The notes under the pieces are model-generated. The model made no database searches. It worked only from the letters and a program-made list of their open reading frames with translations, and was not told where the DNA came from. Positions 40,801 through 52,127 of a DNA stretch of 64,000 nucleotides are shown in pieces; positions within the stretch are counted from its first letter, which is position 1; each line of letters opens with the position of its first letter. The translations under genes and the position numbers were made by a program. The stretch comes from Antedon mediterranea (taxonomy: Eukaryota; Animalia; Echinodermata), in contig NC_092672.1 in assembly GCF_964355755.1 (NCBI RefSeq), positions 3,410,001-3,474,000 of the forward strand, written 5' to 3'.

Positions 40801-43800
40801 CAAAAAGAATGTGCCGTTTAAAAAATAGAACAGAAATTAAAGATGCATGTACTCCATTTCGTTTGATTTCAATTGTATTTTCCTTAAATTTCAGTCTAAT
40901 TTTTGTAATTATTGGTCAGCTAGACAATAAGACATTACAATAAAACTTTCCATAAATTAAGTCCAGGGTGTCTTAAAAAAACTATCGATGGAAAAGGGGA
41001 AACATAATGTAACAATCTGCCAGTATGGACATTTAAACTAAACCTAAACGCGAACTTAGGTTCAACATTTTAGTTTAAATATTAAAGTTAATTTAACTAC
41101 AAAATACAGGCCCATTGAACGTTGAAATACAAATTGACTATACTGTATGTTTAATAATAACTACAAACGTTTATATCATACTATACTAGTATACAACAAT
41201 AACAATTTAAGGCTTGGAGAAATTAGTTTAAGTTCAATTCTTCTTTCTTTTGTTTCTTGTTAAAGAAGTATATATTGAGATTTTACCGTTTTGAGCTATT
41301 TAATAATTTGTCAGAAAGAATTGACCGGCATAGTTTTTGAGACAAACTAAATCTAAGCTGCAAACACAAGATTGCTAGTTCATTCCAATGAATACTTTAA
41401 AATATAACACAATAGCACAATATCCTTTCTTAAATCGAAGCGAAAATAATAATGTGATGGATACCTTAGAATAATAATAATTATTAGAATTAATAAAGGT
41501 CAGTAATTCTAAAAATAAAGGCGTTTATCAGGACGGGTTTCTTGAGGGGATTTCATGGAGACTGTTGACGTAAATGATATAAAGATCAACTACTGTACAA
41601 TGGTACAGAATGGATTTCCTATTGGGAATTTGTAGATAAGATTAAGCTACAGTAGGTCGCTTGCAATAAGTAGGCTTATAATAATGCCACTATTCTAAGT
41701 TAAAGACCTTCATTGTCCCCAAAAACATGAAATAGATGAATAAAATCAAACTTTAAATTGGTCATTTTGTAGTTATTCAATTCATAAATTCAATAAATAG
41801 GCCTATAGAGATATGATAAGATAAGATAAAATAAGCAGTTAAATTGAACCAGAACTCCGCTGTCTGACAGAAAAGTCAATCGGAGGTTGGTTTTGTCTTT
41901 CTTTCATTTTCAGGTTTTTTTTCCAAATAAATTACTTTTTCGAAACAATTTTTGGAGTTTAAATTGGCATATTTAACAAAAAAATTGGTTGAAAAAATCT
42001 TTTTTTCCCATGATTGAGACAATTTATCTTATCTATTTATATGAAGAAGTACAACTCGAATAACCATTGCATTAGACTCTTATTAATATCCTCTTTAACA
42101 AGTTTTCCTTACTAAATCTAATTGCTTTAGTTTTTTTGAATTGAATCTTCTTCTTGTTTCTATCTATAAACAATTTGAAAAAGAATATAGAAAAAACAGA
42201 AGAAAAAGTTTTAATACAGAAATTAAATTAAAAACAAAGATTTTTTATGTGTAGTCTAGGAACCAATTATTGAATCCTTTCTTATAATCAGATTCATAGA
42301 CTTGCACTATTTGTCCTTATAGAATTACCACATACTCACCAAGCAACTGAAAAACGATACGTCTCGCAAACACCAACTCCATCTAGAGCTATTCCAAAAC
42401 CAACGTACTACACACCTCAACCGAGAAGAAAACCTCCCATACTTTCTCCAAGACCAGATAAAAAGATCTTACTCAAGAAATCGCCATCTACATCTTCCTC
42501 TTTAAAAAGTTCCATCAGTCGTTCAACGGGACAGTCTGATGGTAGCATAAAAGAAAGAGAACAGTTTAACCCTTTTCCAGAAGAACTGCCAACCGAGAGC
42601 GAGTATGATTGCGACAGTTACTCCAGACCACCGTCTCCAACGTCAATGACATCATCATCGGTGTCTGAGAACTCACCACTTCGCATCCCTTCAGTTGAAA
42701 AACGACCATCAACTCCAAAATCAGATTCTAAGGCAATGGCTGCCAAAAGTAAGTAAGACTTTTAACGGATTTTATTTATTATCACCATCTTTAACGAGGT
42801 AGACTTATCCAGTCCCCGTGAAGGAATCGATCATTACGATGAAACATACACATACAAACATATACAATATATATAAAATATTCAGAACAAGTTAAAATTC
42901 TCGTCCAAATTGTCTATTTTCTTCTTTCAAAGACTCCTTTTTGCTAACGAAGAGGCAAGTTTCAATACAACCATGGAAAAATGGACCTTATTCTTAACTT
43001 AAAAGAGGACTAAAAATTAGTCGTAGAAAACCTTGAATTTAATCCAGAACGGTATAATTATTCTGGCCTAAAATATTATATCTATCAACGTGAATTTTAT
43101 TGATTATCAGAACTACTGCACAAATCTAATTCATGAGTAAATCGTTTCGTCATATGATATGGTGTTGAAATTGAATTTGATTTGAATTTATTAAGAAAAT
43201 CATAAACAAGGTCATATACTTGGCTGCAGTCGCGTGCACACATTTTAGTTAGTGAGCTGTAGGGTCAGTAGGGTTTGCACGCAACTAAAATACATAAACA
43301 GTTATACATAAACTACTGACATCACCAATAAATACATTTATATAAGATTTTCCAGGATAGCCCATGTCTATATCAATGGCACGAAAGATCTTGAAAATAT
43401 AGTAAAAGTTGACATAGGCCTATTGCTAACAACCTAATTATTGTTATATGATTGCAGTGATCATCACTATAATTTCAACAGAAGATACAATTTACTTTTA
43501 CCTTCAATTTGAAAACTATATCAAATAATAAACCATCATTTATCTGTGATTCTTTTGAATACAATCATATCCTCCCACCGGAAACAGATAATTGGCTATC
43601 CAAGCGTATTTCGATAACCAACCAATACAATGACAATTCTCTTCTTACGTGTTTCTGTATTCACGAAATTAAACTTAGATCAAATTGTATTTTGTAATAA
43701 TATCGATGATAAATTCCTTTCAGAAAGGAAGAAACTTACAACCACCAAGCGACACGCGGAAATAAAAATACTTTAATACTTCTTTTTTTTTTCAACAACG

Positions 43801-46800
43801 ACAGTGAGGCGACGCATGGGCGACGGGGGTAAAAAATAAACATCGATTAAAATACATTAACTTGTTCCAAAATAAAAGTTACAGCCCAAAACGTATATTA
43901 TATAGAATCATGTAGCAAAATTATACATTTTGTCGGGCAAGGATAATGAAGTTATGTTTTTTGCAAACTTTACCATTTTCTTTGAACGCCAATACCTTAC
44001 CATTTTTAATAAATATTGTATATGATACCTTTTTTTTTGTTTTTGCCTAAAATAATTGTAAATCATAGTGTTGAATGATTACTACTTTGTAATATTTATC
44101 ATGTTTATTTCACAGGATTAAACCCGGTAGAAAGACGCTACAGTCAACGTCTGACTCCAACCTCTTCTCCATCTCCATCTGAACTTTCTCAAAGATACTT
44201 CACACCACAGCCACGGCGGAAGGCGAATTGGATACCCAACTCCTCGTCGTCAAAACCAGATTCTCCTATCACACCTTCAAAACCGAAGGATTGGAGTCCA
44301 CGTTCCAAATCGCCAGTTGCTCGCCAGCTGTTTACATCCTCACCAAATGCAACTCCACAGCCTCCAGCCGCTTCTAGCATTCCTAAGAAAAACAACTTTT
44401 TTAAAGAACGTTCAAGAGCAGTATATGATATAAGTGATGGCGCCGAGACGCTAGAGCTAAAAGTAGCGCAGCAACAAAGTAAATCTGAAATGGTAGGAGG
44501 TAACATATCTGACATCAGTTCCATTGGATATCCAAACGGCAAATCTTCGGATATATCAAGAACACCTTCCATATGTTACCAATCAGTAAGTACAGTTAAA
44601 TCAAACTTTATGTTATGTGCCCATATATGGACATGATGATATCATATCACTACCATATTTGAGCACATCACAATTTTTTTATCACAAGTTTGATAGTGTA
44701 GACAGAGCTCTATTCTACTTCACGGTTACGTTGACAATTAAACTTATGCCATGTTCTGATATTTGTTAAAATATATTATATTCGGATATAAAAAATATAC
44801 AAAATAGGCCTACAGCCAACAGTCTAAACGTAATGCAATGTTTGATATCGGTAAGTACTACTACATATTCTACTGTCTGTCAAAGTGTTACGTTGACAAT
44901 GTCAACTCTTTTAATGTGTTCTAAAATATACATAATTCTTATTATGACTAATTTCATCTTACTGTATAATAATTAATTATACAAAAGAAACATTCACAAT
45001 GTGTAACTTATCAGCTGTAAGCTACACTGTGCAAGAAAATGAATTGTTACAGTTGTGTATTTACTTGAATGATATTTTTGTTTCCTTAGGATAAAGACTC
45101 TCAGTCTGACTCGTATATGTACGAGAACCTAGCCGATAGACGGAGAAGGCGTCGTCGAAGTGCTGGTAGCATGTCTCTAAGGAGCTTAGCAGCTAGTCGA
45201 GAGGTCCTCAATGATATTTTCCAAAGCGGACGAAAAGAAAACAAAAAGATGAAAGGCGTTCTTGGGTTGTGCGTAGCAATATTTCTAGGTGCCATACTGT
45301 TCATCGGTTTGCACTACGGACTCTATTACACAGAAGTTGTGTCGGTTATCATCACGGCAGCGTCGACATTTTTCATAGCTTTAGGACTAGCATTCAGTGG
45401 TACGAACGATTTTCTTTTTTTCAATCAACAATATATTTATCCATGTAAATTTATCCCGAAAAGCATATTTTGAAATGACTTACGCAACTACAATTAAGAA
45501 GTGTAAAGAAAACATAATCCCCTTACAGCCGGAATTTAAACAATAATATTATACTGTACTGTCTCCCATTTTCTGTTTAATTTAATTTGAATTATTGTTT
45601 GTTTTAAGTAAAAAAGAAAAAACAATGAAAACACGTAGTACAAATAGTCTACATTTCACAATGCATAAGCATAAGCTAGGTAATAAAGTAACGAGTTATG
45701 CAATATGAGGCAACGTATATTGTTTACCTATATTTGATTTTCGATTATTGCACATTTAATTTTGGTAAAACATAATAAACACGTACTTATTTATATTGCT
45801 TCCAGTATATTAACTATAAATAACATTCTTGTTTATCTTGTCATTCTAGTCAGATCCAGGTGTATTGCGGCATTAATGGCTCCAACTTTATGCACTTCTA
45901 GAGGGCGTGCTGCAGTGTTAGCCTTAACTCTTGGTCTATTATTGAACGGACCAATCAAAAACATCGTCAATAACGGGAATCAACTATCAGAAGCTATGAC
46001 GTGTAACGCCGACGTAAGCAATTAAGTTATTATTCTCAATACCTGATATTCTATTATATGCTACTATTAAAGTAGTAGTATCATATAAATCGGATTATTA
46101 TAATCAATAAATCAAATAACCAAACATAACAAAGTAAAGCTCGCACCGCGCGCTTTTTAAATTTAGAATTCACAATGCGTTAAAATACATCACACTAAAA
46201 GTATATTCCATTATCTGTACAGGTTTTAAATCAGCATAGTGAACAAATACAAGAAGCTGCCTTGAAATCATTTGATGATTACGTCGAGAACGTAGAAGCC
46301 AGTCTAGAGACACTTGAATCTATAGCCACGGACATTCAAGAGTCTATGGAACCTCTTACTGAAGGAATTCTACGAGTTAATGACCAAATAGAGGTACTAT
46401 TTTGTAATATTGTAGCGCGCCCTCTATATCGTCACACAAACTCGGTTCTTTTGAGCGTAATTAGAAGTAAACCTTACCATTCATAAAATATGGTAATCGT
46501 CACAATTTGCATTTGTAATAAAATACTTTTGTATTACCAATAAGATGCGACGAATTATTACATTACAATTTAATGTATTTCAATGCAGAGCCATATTATA
46601 TGGCTGTTTTTTTGTTGTGCGCCCTCTATATCGTCACACAAAATTGGTTTTCTTCGCAAAAAAGAAAAACAAAATAACGTTTTCCTCCTATTATTATATT
46701 GATTCAACAATTAAAATATATATTTTAATAAGATAATTGTTCTTTTTTCAGAACGCTGCCAATGCTTTGACAACATCTGCAGAAACGTGTATAAATATGT

Positions 46801-48622
46801 TAAACGACGCGTACGACGAGTGTAAAATTAAAATAAACAGTGTTTATGAAGACTGCAAACGTAGGCTTGGAATAGGTAAATGACCCATCATTTTAATCTT
46901 TATATTGTATATACGGGATACGATATTTCCTTAGGTACATAAGTTCGGGACCCCTCATGAAACGTCACAAAATAAACATGAATATTCATTAATCATATCC
47001 ATAACGTGTGACGTAAGAAATGAATTAACTACAATTCGCTAATGCAAAATCTTTCCGTCGAGCCGTCTGTGTAGTGGAGTGGATTAGGCTATGGACTTTA
47101 CATGTCGATGATTGATGTATGGGGTTCGAATCACATGAGCAACTTTTTTTTACTTTATAGTGAGAGATTATTTAGAGGGTTAGGTTTAATTATATTTAAG
47201 AAGTAGTTTGGTTATCTTTCACATAAGGGTCCCCAACTTTTGTACGAAAAAAAACATAATCGCGGGACCGGCTCACGTTACATGGTTTATTATGGTTCTC
47301 AGACGGCTCACTCATTTCTTTTATCTTCCGTTTCAGATATTAACGGTATATGTGCACCTCTGGGTATTACTGATGTTTTCTGTGAAGCAGTCAAAATCGG
47401 TACCGAGATTTGTCGGTTACCAACGTTAGGAGATGACATATTTGATATAATCATTATTGACGGGATAGAGGAGGCAGTTGAAGAGTTAGTTGACATGTTT
47501 GAGGTCAACGTGGACTTTGTACCAACGTGGCAGGACGCGCGCGTCAATTTTACAGGCGATCCGAAGGCTATTGCCGAGAAAATAAGCGCCAAATTAGAAG
47601 ACACATTTGGAACATTTGATATTATCATCTTGTTTTTGGACCGTCTTGTTGCGTTCTCGGTTGTCTACCTACTCTATCGATCATATAGGTATCATTCAAA
47701 TTATGTGACAAAGGACAGGTTTGATAATTTTTACATCACAAAAGAGTTCCGGAAATTTGACAAGCACAGATTTGATAATGGGCAGGAGTCTATTCTACCG
47801 CTTAAAAAGTATGAGAAGAAAAAAATGATTGACGTAACCACGTTAGCACTATCTCATCCCGAGAAAGGTTCCTTCAAAATCGGTCTAGCATCGGTTCTTT
47901 TAAAAGCACTTATAACGGCTACCATCATATTGGTTGACTATGGATTCTATTGGCTTTTGACAGTAATGCAAAGTCTATATAAGGAAATCAATTACAGCGC
48001 ATCAGGTGGAGGCGATCTGAGCTACAATATTGAGGGTAATGGTTTAATGGCGGAATTTGCACGCAACCTGTACGGCGAAGGCCCACAAGATTCAAACACG
48101 TACGAAATACAATCACAGGCACAAAAATGTATTCCAAAACCACTCAAACCAGAGGACAATACTGCCATTATTATAGGTGTTTTATACGGTGTAATCATAC
48201 TAACTGTTCTTTTCCAAGCGTACGCTTTGCGTTTACGTCGCTGGATCGCGTCATATTATTACCCAGAGCGTGAACAAGCTCGAACAATGTATCTGTACAA
48301 CAAAACGCTAAGAAAACGCAGAACGCTTTGGTCAATGTTGAAACAAACAATAAAAGAGAATCGCCGAGAACAGGTCGCAGTAGAGAGGATCAGTTTTAGG
48401 TCGTGGTTAGCTGCTCAAAACAAATTTTGTCGTATTATCTTAGGGAACACAAGTCGCGTTTGCCTCGGCTGTGCGACAGAAGAAAATAAATCGTTTTATA
48501 TTTGCGATAACACGCGGTGTAGCGGCGCATACTGTGGCGAATGTTTGGAGCAAGTTGATAGTGTTTGCGCACTGTGTGGCGATCCCATTGATATTGAAAG
48601 CGGTGTTAATACAAGAATATAA
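31817..48622 (+). CDS. DC-STAMP domain protein with C-terminal C4C4 RING-like domain (DCST1/DCST2-like), paralog 1. Exons 31817-31919 (tentative), 40237-40437, 42323-42748, 44116-44585, 45090-45399, 45850-46013, 46223-46393, 46752-46875, 47337-48622(stop)
   Basis: Six hydrophobic segments. Family motifs RSRCIAALMAPTLCTSRGRA..L..GPIKNI..N, Y..KDRFDNFYITKEF, ILPLKKYE, QAYALRLRRWIASYYYPERE..RT.YLYN, and CLGC-x10-C-x4-C-x4-CGEC-x7-CALC. Upstream Ser/Pro-rich exons are open and phase-compatible. The first exon is the least certain. Confidence 0.85.
32000..32177. repeat. Perfect 59-bp inverted repeat enclosing a hammerhead motif (Penelope-like inverted pseudo-LTR remnant)
   Basis: Arms at 32000-32058 and 32119-32177, with a 60-nt spacer. 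Confidence 0.85.
32082..32125 (+). ncRNA. Minimal type I hammerhead ribozyme motif
   Basis: GCAA CTGAAGA A GTCAAGCTGACAGCAATAC GAAAC T GTC TTGC: stem I GCAA/TTGC, CUGANGA and GAAA boxes, GUC triplet, imperfect stem II. Confidence 0.65.
38995..39231 (+). promoter_or_regulatory. Putative internal promoter / non-coding first exon of paralog 1 (5' boundary approximate)
   Basis: Ends tttcaaatgt|gtaagt. Shares ordered motifs (ccacaaaaa, accggt.cctga, ttcctgttgac.caa, tcaatgaca, gtc.tgttcgttg) with ~49730-49950 and ~60165-60382. Confidence 0.55.
40538..40685. mobile_element. MITE family B, degenerate copy
   Basis: ggcttagttcccac...tgggaatcaagct with gaccaatcac/gtgattggtc arms. Confidence 0.7.
46935..47245. 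mobile_element. Degenerate MITE in the last intron of paralog 1
   Basis: Imperfect TIRs gtacataagttcgggacccc / gggtccccaacttttgtac. Confidence 0.5.
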
Positions 48623-49729
48623 ACTTTATTTATTTAATAATATATTTAACAGTGACTTAACTGGCCAGTAAAATTCTGATAACTGTTTACTTAATTACGA
48701 GGTATGATAGTGGTGCATGTTATTTTGACCTTGGAACAAAAATCTAGTACATAATTTGAGGCATTGGATAGGACCATAGAGGACACTTTAAATCATCAAC
48801 CATCATTCGACGATGTTAATGTTCTATATTAATCAAGTAATATATAAAATACGGACCGGGAATGTATTTATTTATCTTGAGGCAATATAATACATAGGCC
48901 TATATAAAAAGTATATACAAAAAAGATGTATTGTCCCTATGAAAAAAAAATTTGTTAACATTTTTGTTGAATAGGCCATTTTAATGTTACAAAATAGTTA
49001 TTCACTTTGACCAAAAATTGGATGGAAAACAAATTATTTACCTGAAAAAAATTGAAATTTAAAGTATTTAATTTAAAATAATCAAATTATTGGAAGTCAA
49101 TGGGTGTTTTTATAAGTAAAAACATTATTTTTTAGTTTTTTTTCTACGAAAGTGATTGCCTCAAAGTATTTTATTTCACCAATCTTCATTTTTCATGTTT
49201 TTTGGGTATCTTTAATAAGAAAAAAGTGGTTGATAATCTGAAAATTAAAGTAAAATTGTTATGTATATTATTTAAACAATTTTGTCTCGGAATTTTCTGA
49301 CGGAGATCAACTTTACAGCATATTGACATACAATATAATATTTAAAGGGTTCTACATTGGTGGTCGATACTGATCAATACAGAAATCAATCAATACAAAT
49401 CGATAATATATGTACAGTACTATTTCTATGCCTTAATCAGCCGGTCTATGTAAATAAATTATTTTAATATTGTACATGATGGCTGTTTTAAATATAAAAT
49501 ACTATAAAATATACTGTATATAATGAAGCTTATATATTTTGTACTAAAATATGTACTATAATATGATGAATAAATTAAACAACTGGATATGTTGATACTG
49601 GGCTATGTTATGTAGTTTGATGAATAGTGTTTAAAACAAACAATAATATTTATCCATTTTCTAGAATTTTGTTTAGTAATTTAACATCGGAAATTATGTA
49701 TGCATTTTTCACTCCATTGTATACGTGCA

Positions 49730-49950
49730 ACACGCCACAAAAATAGTAAAATCATTGCGGGAAATTTATACGATTGTTGAAAGACCGGTTTCCTGAATTT
49801 GACAGCTCCGTATTTACCTTTATTGTTCCTGTTGACGCAAATGTAATTCAATGACATTTCAAACTTTATAGGACTACATACATAAATACACATCATACGC
49901 AAGAGAGACGTTGTCATGTTCGTTGATAATGTAGATCTGCTTTCAAACGT
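49730..49950 (+). promoter_or_regulatory. Putative promoter / non-coding first exon of paralog 2 (5' boundary approximate)
   Basis: Strongly conserved with 60165-60382 and ends in a consensus donor, aacgt|gtaagt. Confidence 0.55.
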
Positions 49951-50905
49951 GTAAGTAGTTTTTAAAAATAAACTTAACTTAATTTAAGTGTAACATTTAG
50001 TCATGTTTAGTGAAAATTGGATATATTATTATATATACAAATAATTGTTTATCGTTAGCTGGGAATTATGTAGTAGGTTTTTAAACAACCACTGTGAACC
50101 GAATGGTTCAAATAGTAATCGCTGTCGTTTTATTTATCTTATCACTACGATCTATGATTTGTTTTGAATTTGTAATCGTTGTAACAGTATTTTACATGGC
50201 CTATGGCGTTTTTGCAATCTGCATTTTTAATAGTTTTAACAATATTTTATCATAGGCCTATAAATAACATTGCCTTTTGCAATTTTATGTATTTGTTGTT
50301 TTATTGCCTTAATTATGCCAAGCAAAATTAAAGTGGATCAATATAATTTCTTGAATCTTTAATCTACCAAAATTCGTAGACCTGCATAGGTTAATTTTAG
50401 TACTCCACCACCATTGGTAGATGTGTTACGTTTTATTGATATGCCTTATATAAGACTTCGTATAGTTGACTTTTTCTAAAGATTGGTTCCCACTAAGACG
50501 CAAAACATTGATGTAACGCAAGTAATTTGACCATTCAAGTGACGGCTAATGCGTAACTTCGTTTCTGATTGGTCAAATTACCTTATCTTATACAAATTGT
50601 CTTTGCCGTGTCCAGTCACCTGAAATCACCAAAATACAGTAAGTACTTGGAAGTGGTGTAAAGGTTACGGGTTTCTTCGAATGAATTGCAAGACGATCTT
50701 TGACGTACACAATATACAATTGATATAAAAATGGAATTTACTTTCTGACATTTACACATATCATCAAATGCATATACCCGTTTAACAAACGAATATACTT
50801 TAGCACATAATTACATTGACACTTAAATAGTTGATTTAAGTTCGTTGCAATCTCAATCAAAGGACTGTAACACTAATAGAATTAAACATATATAAATAAT
50901 AATTA

Positions 50906-51388
50906 AATCAAAGAGCTGCATAGGCAGGATATAGAAAAAAATCAAGATCAAATAAGTTAAAACTGCCTCAATATAGATTTATTTTAACGACATGTTTCGG
51001 GCATAGCCCATCATCAGGTGAAAAGAATTGTAACAAAGGATAACATATATAAGTCACAAAATTACATAATAAAACAAATCAACCAATCAAAGATGTTAAC
51101 AAACAAAAGGCATAGTTATAAAGGCACGCCTCCAAAAGCTATGGTGTACAAAGCAGGAATGGTTGCTTATAAAGCAGGAAATTTAAAACAAAGACAAAAG
51201 CTTCAAGTGTAAATAATTGTTAATATGTGGATGTCTCTGGCAAAATTAATGTTTAAAGGATCTAAATTGTACATTTATGCCGGTAGGGGCAAGAGTGCCA
51301 AGCTTTACAATTATTCTTTCTTCTATAATTAGAGATGTCTCAGAACCATTACATACTTTAACACCAGAAATAGTAATAATAATAATTA
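50906..51388 (-). mobile_element. 5'-truncated Penelope-like retroelement insertion
   Basis: Absent from the matching paralog 3 intron and flanked by ataaataataatta duplications. Minus strand encodes ...IEERIIVKLGTLAPTGINVQFRSFKH* (GIY-YIG C-terminal motif, stop 51246-51248), followed by a hammerhead and AATAAA. Confidence 0.85.
50982..51024 (-). ncRNA. Minimal type I hammerhead ribozyme of the Penelope-like element
   Basis: TTTTCAC CTGATGA T GGGC TAT GCCC GAAAC AT GTC GTTAAAA: intact core, 4-bp stem II, palindromic ACATGT stem III, GUC site. Confidence 0.85.
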
Positions 51389-51604
51389 ATAAATAATAAT
51401 TAGATCATTTGAAATAATGTATTTTTATATTGATTGTTTAATAATTAAAGAATTAATAATAATTAACAATTAGTTTATTATACCGTCGCGAGTGCTTACG
51501 TCGTCACTTACGTATTTTCTTTGTTAGTTTGTATCAGTTATTTTATCTAGTACTGTTTGCCTAAATTGTTGGGGAAACCCCAACGTTTGTTAGTTCGTTA
51601 TTAA

Positions 51605-51961
51605 AGTGTGGTTCCCACTAGCGACGCAACGCAAGGACGTAACGCAAGTGAATTGACCGATCACAAGCGATGGCTTATTCGCTTGTGATTGCTGTCTATA
51701 ACTTCGCTTGTCATTGGTTAAAACGCTTGCGTTGCTTTTACGTCCTTGCGTTACGTTCTAGTGGGAACCAAGCTTAAGCGTGGTTCCCACTAGAACGCAA
51801 CACAGCGACGTATAGACGCAAAGTGATGTATTGCGTAATCACAAGTGGGAACCGACGACGCAACAGTGCTGCAAACATCGGTTTGATTTCACGCAGGTGG
51901 GGGCAAACACAATTATTGGAATGTCATTTTCTTACGTTGTGACTCTAGTGGGAACCAAGCT
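51605..51961. mobile_element. Two abutting MITE family B elements (51605-51774 and 51777-51961)
   Basis: Each is bounded by gtggttcccactag / ctagtgggaaccaagct. Both are absent at the matching site of paralog 3 (~61515). Confidence 0.85.
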
Positions 51962-52127
51962 ATAGTATTTATATCCCACCAACGGCTATTCTTATACTAT
52001 GTTTATATTACTATGATAATATCTTACAAGAACACAAATTAATGTTTATATTAGTTGACTAAAGTGAATGAAAAAACTTCAAGAAAAGTTGTTTAGAGAC
52101 AAGTAAAAGACAAACAGTTCACCAACA

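Noticed and set aside
42770-43700. Possible highly decayed minus-strand LINE remnants (also ~32400-33050)
   Set aside because: Only faint traces (e.g. AWIANYL, tail-like simple repeats). Too degraded to call without a profile search.
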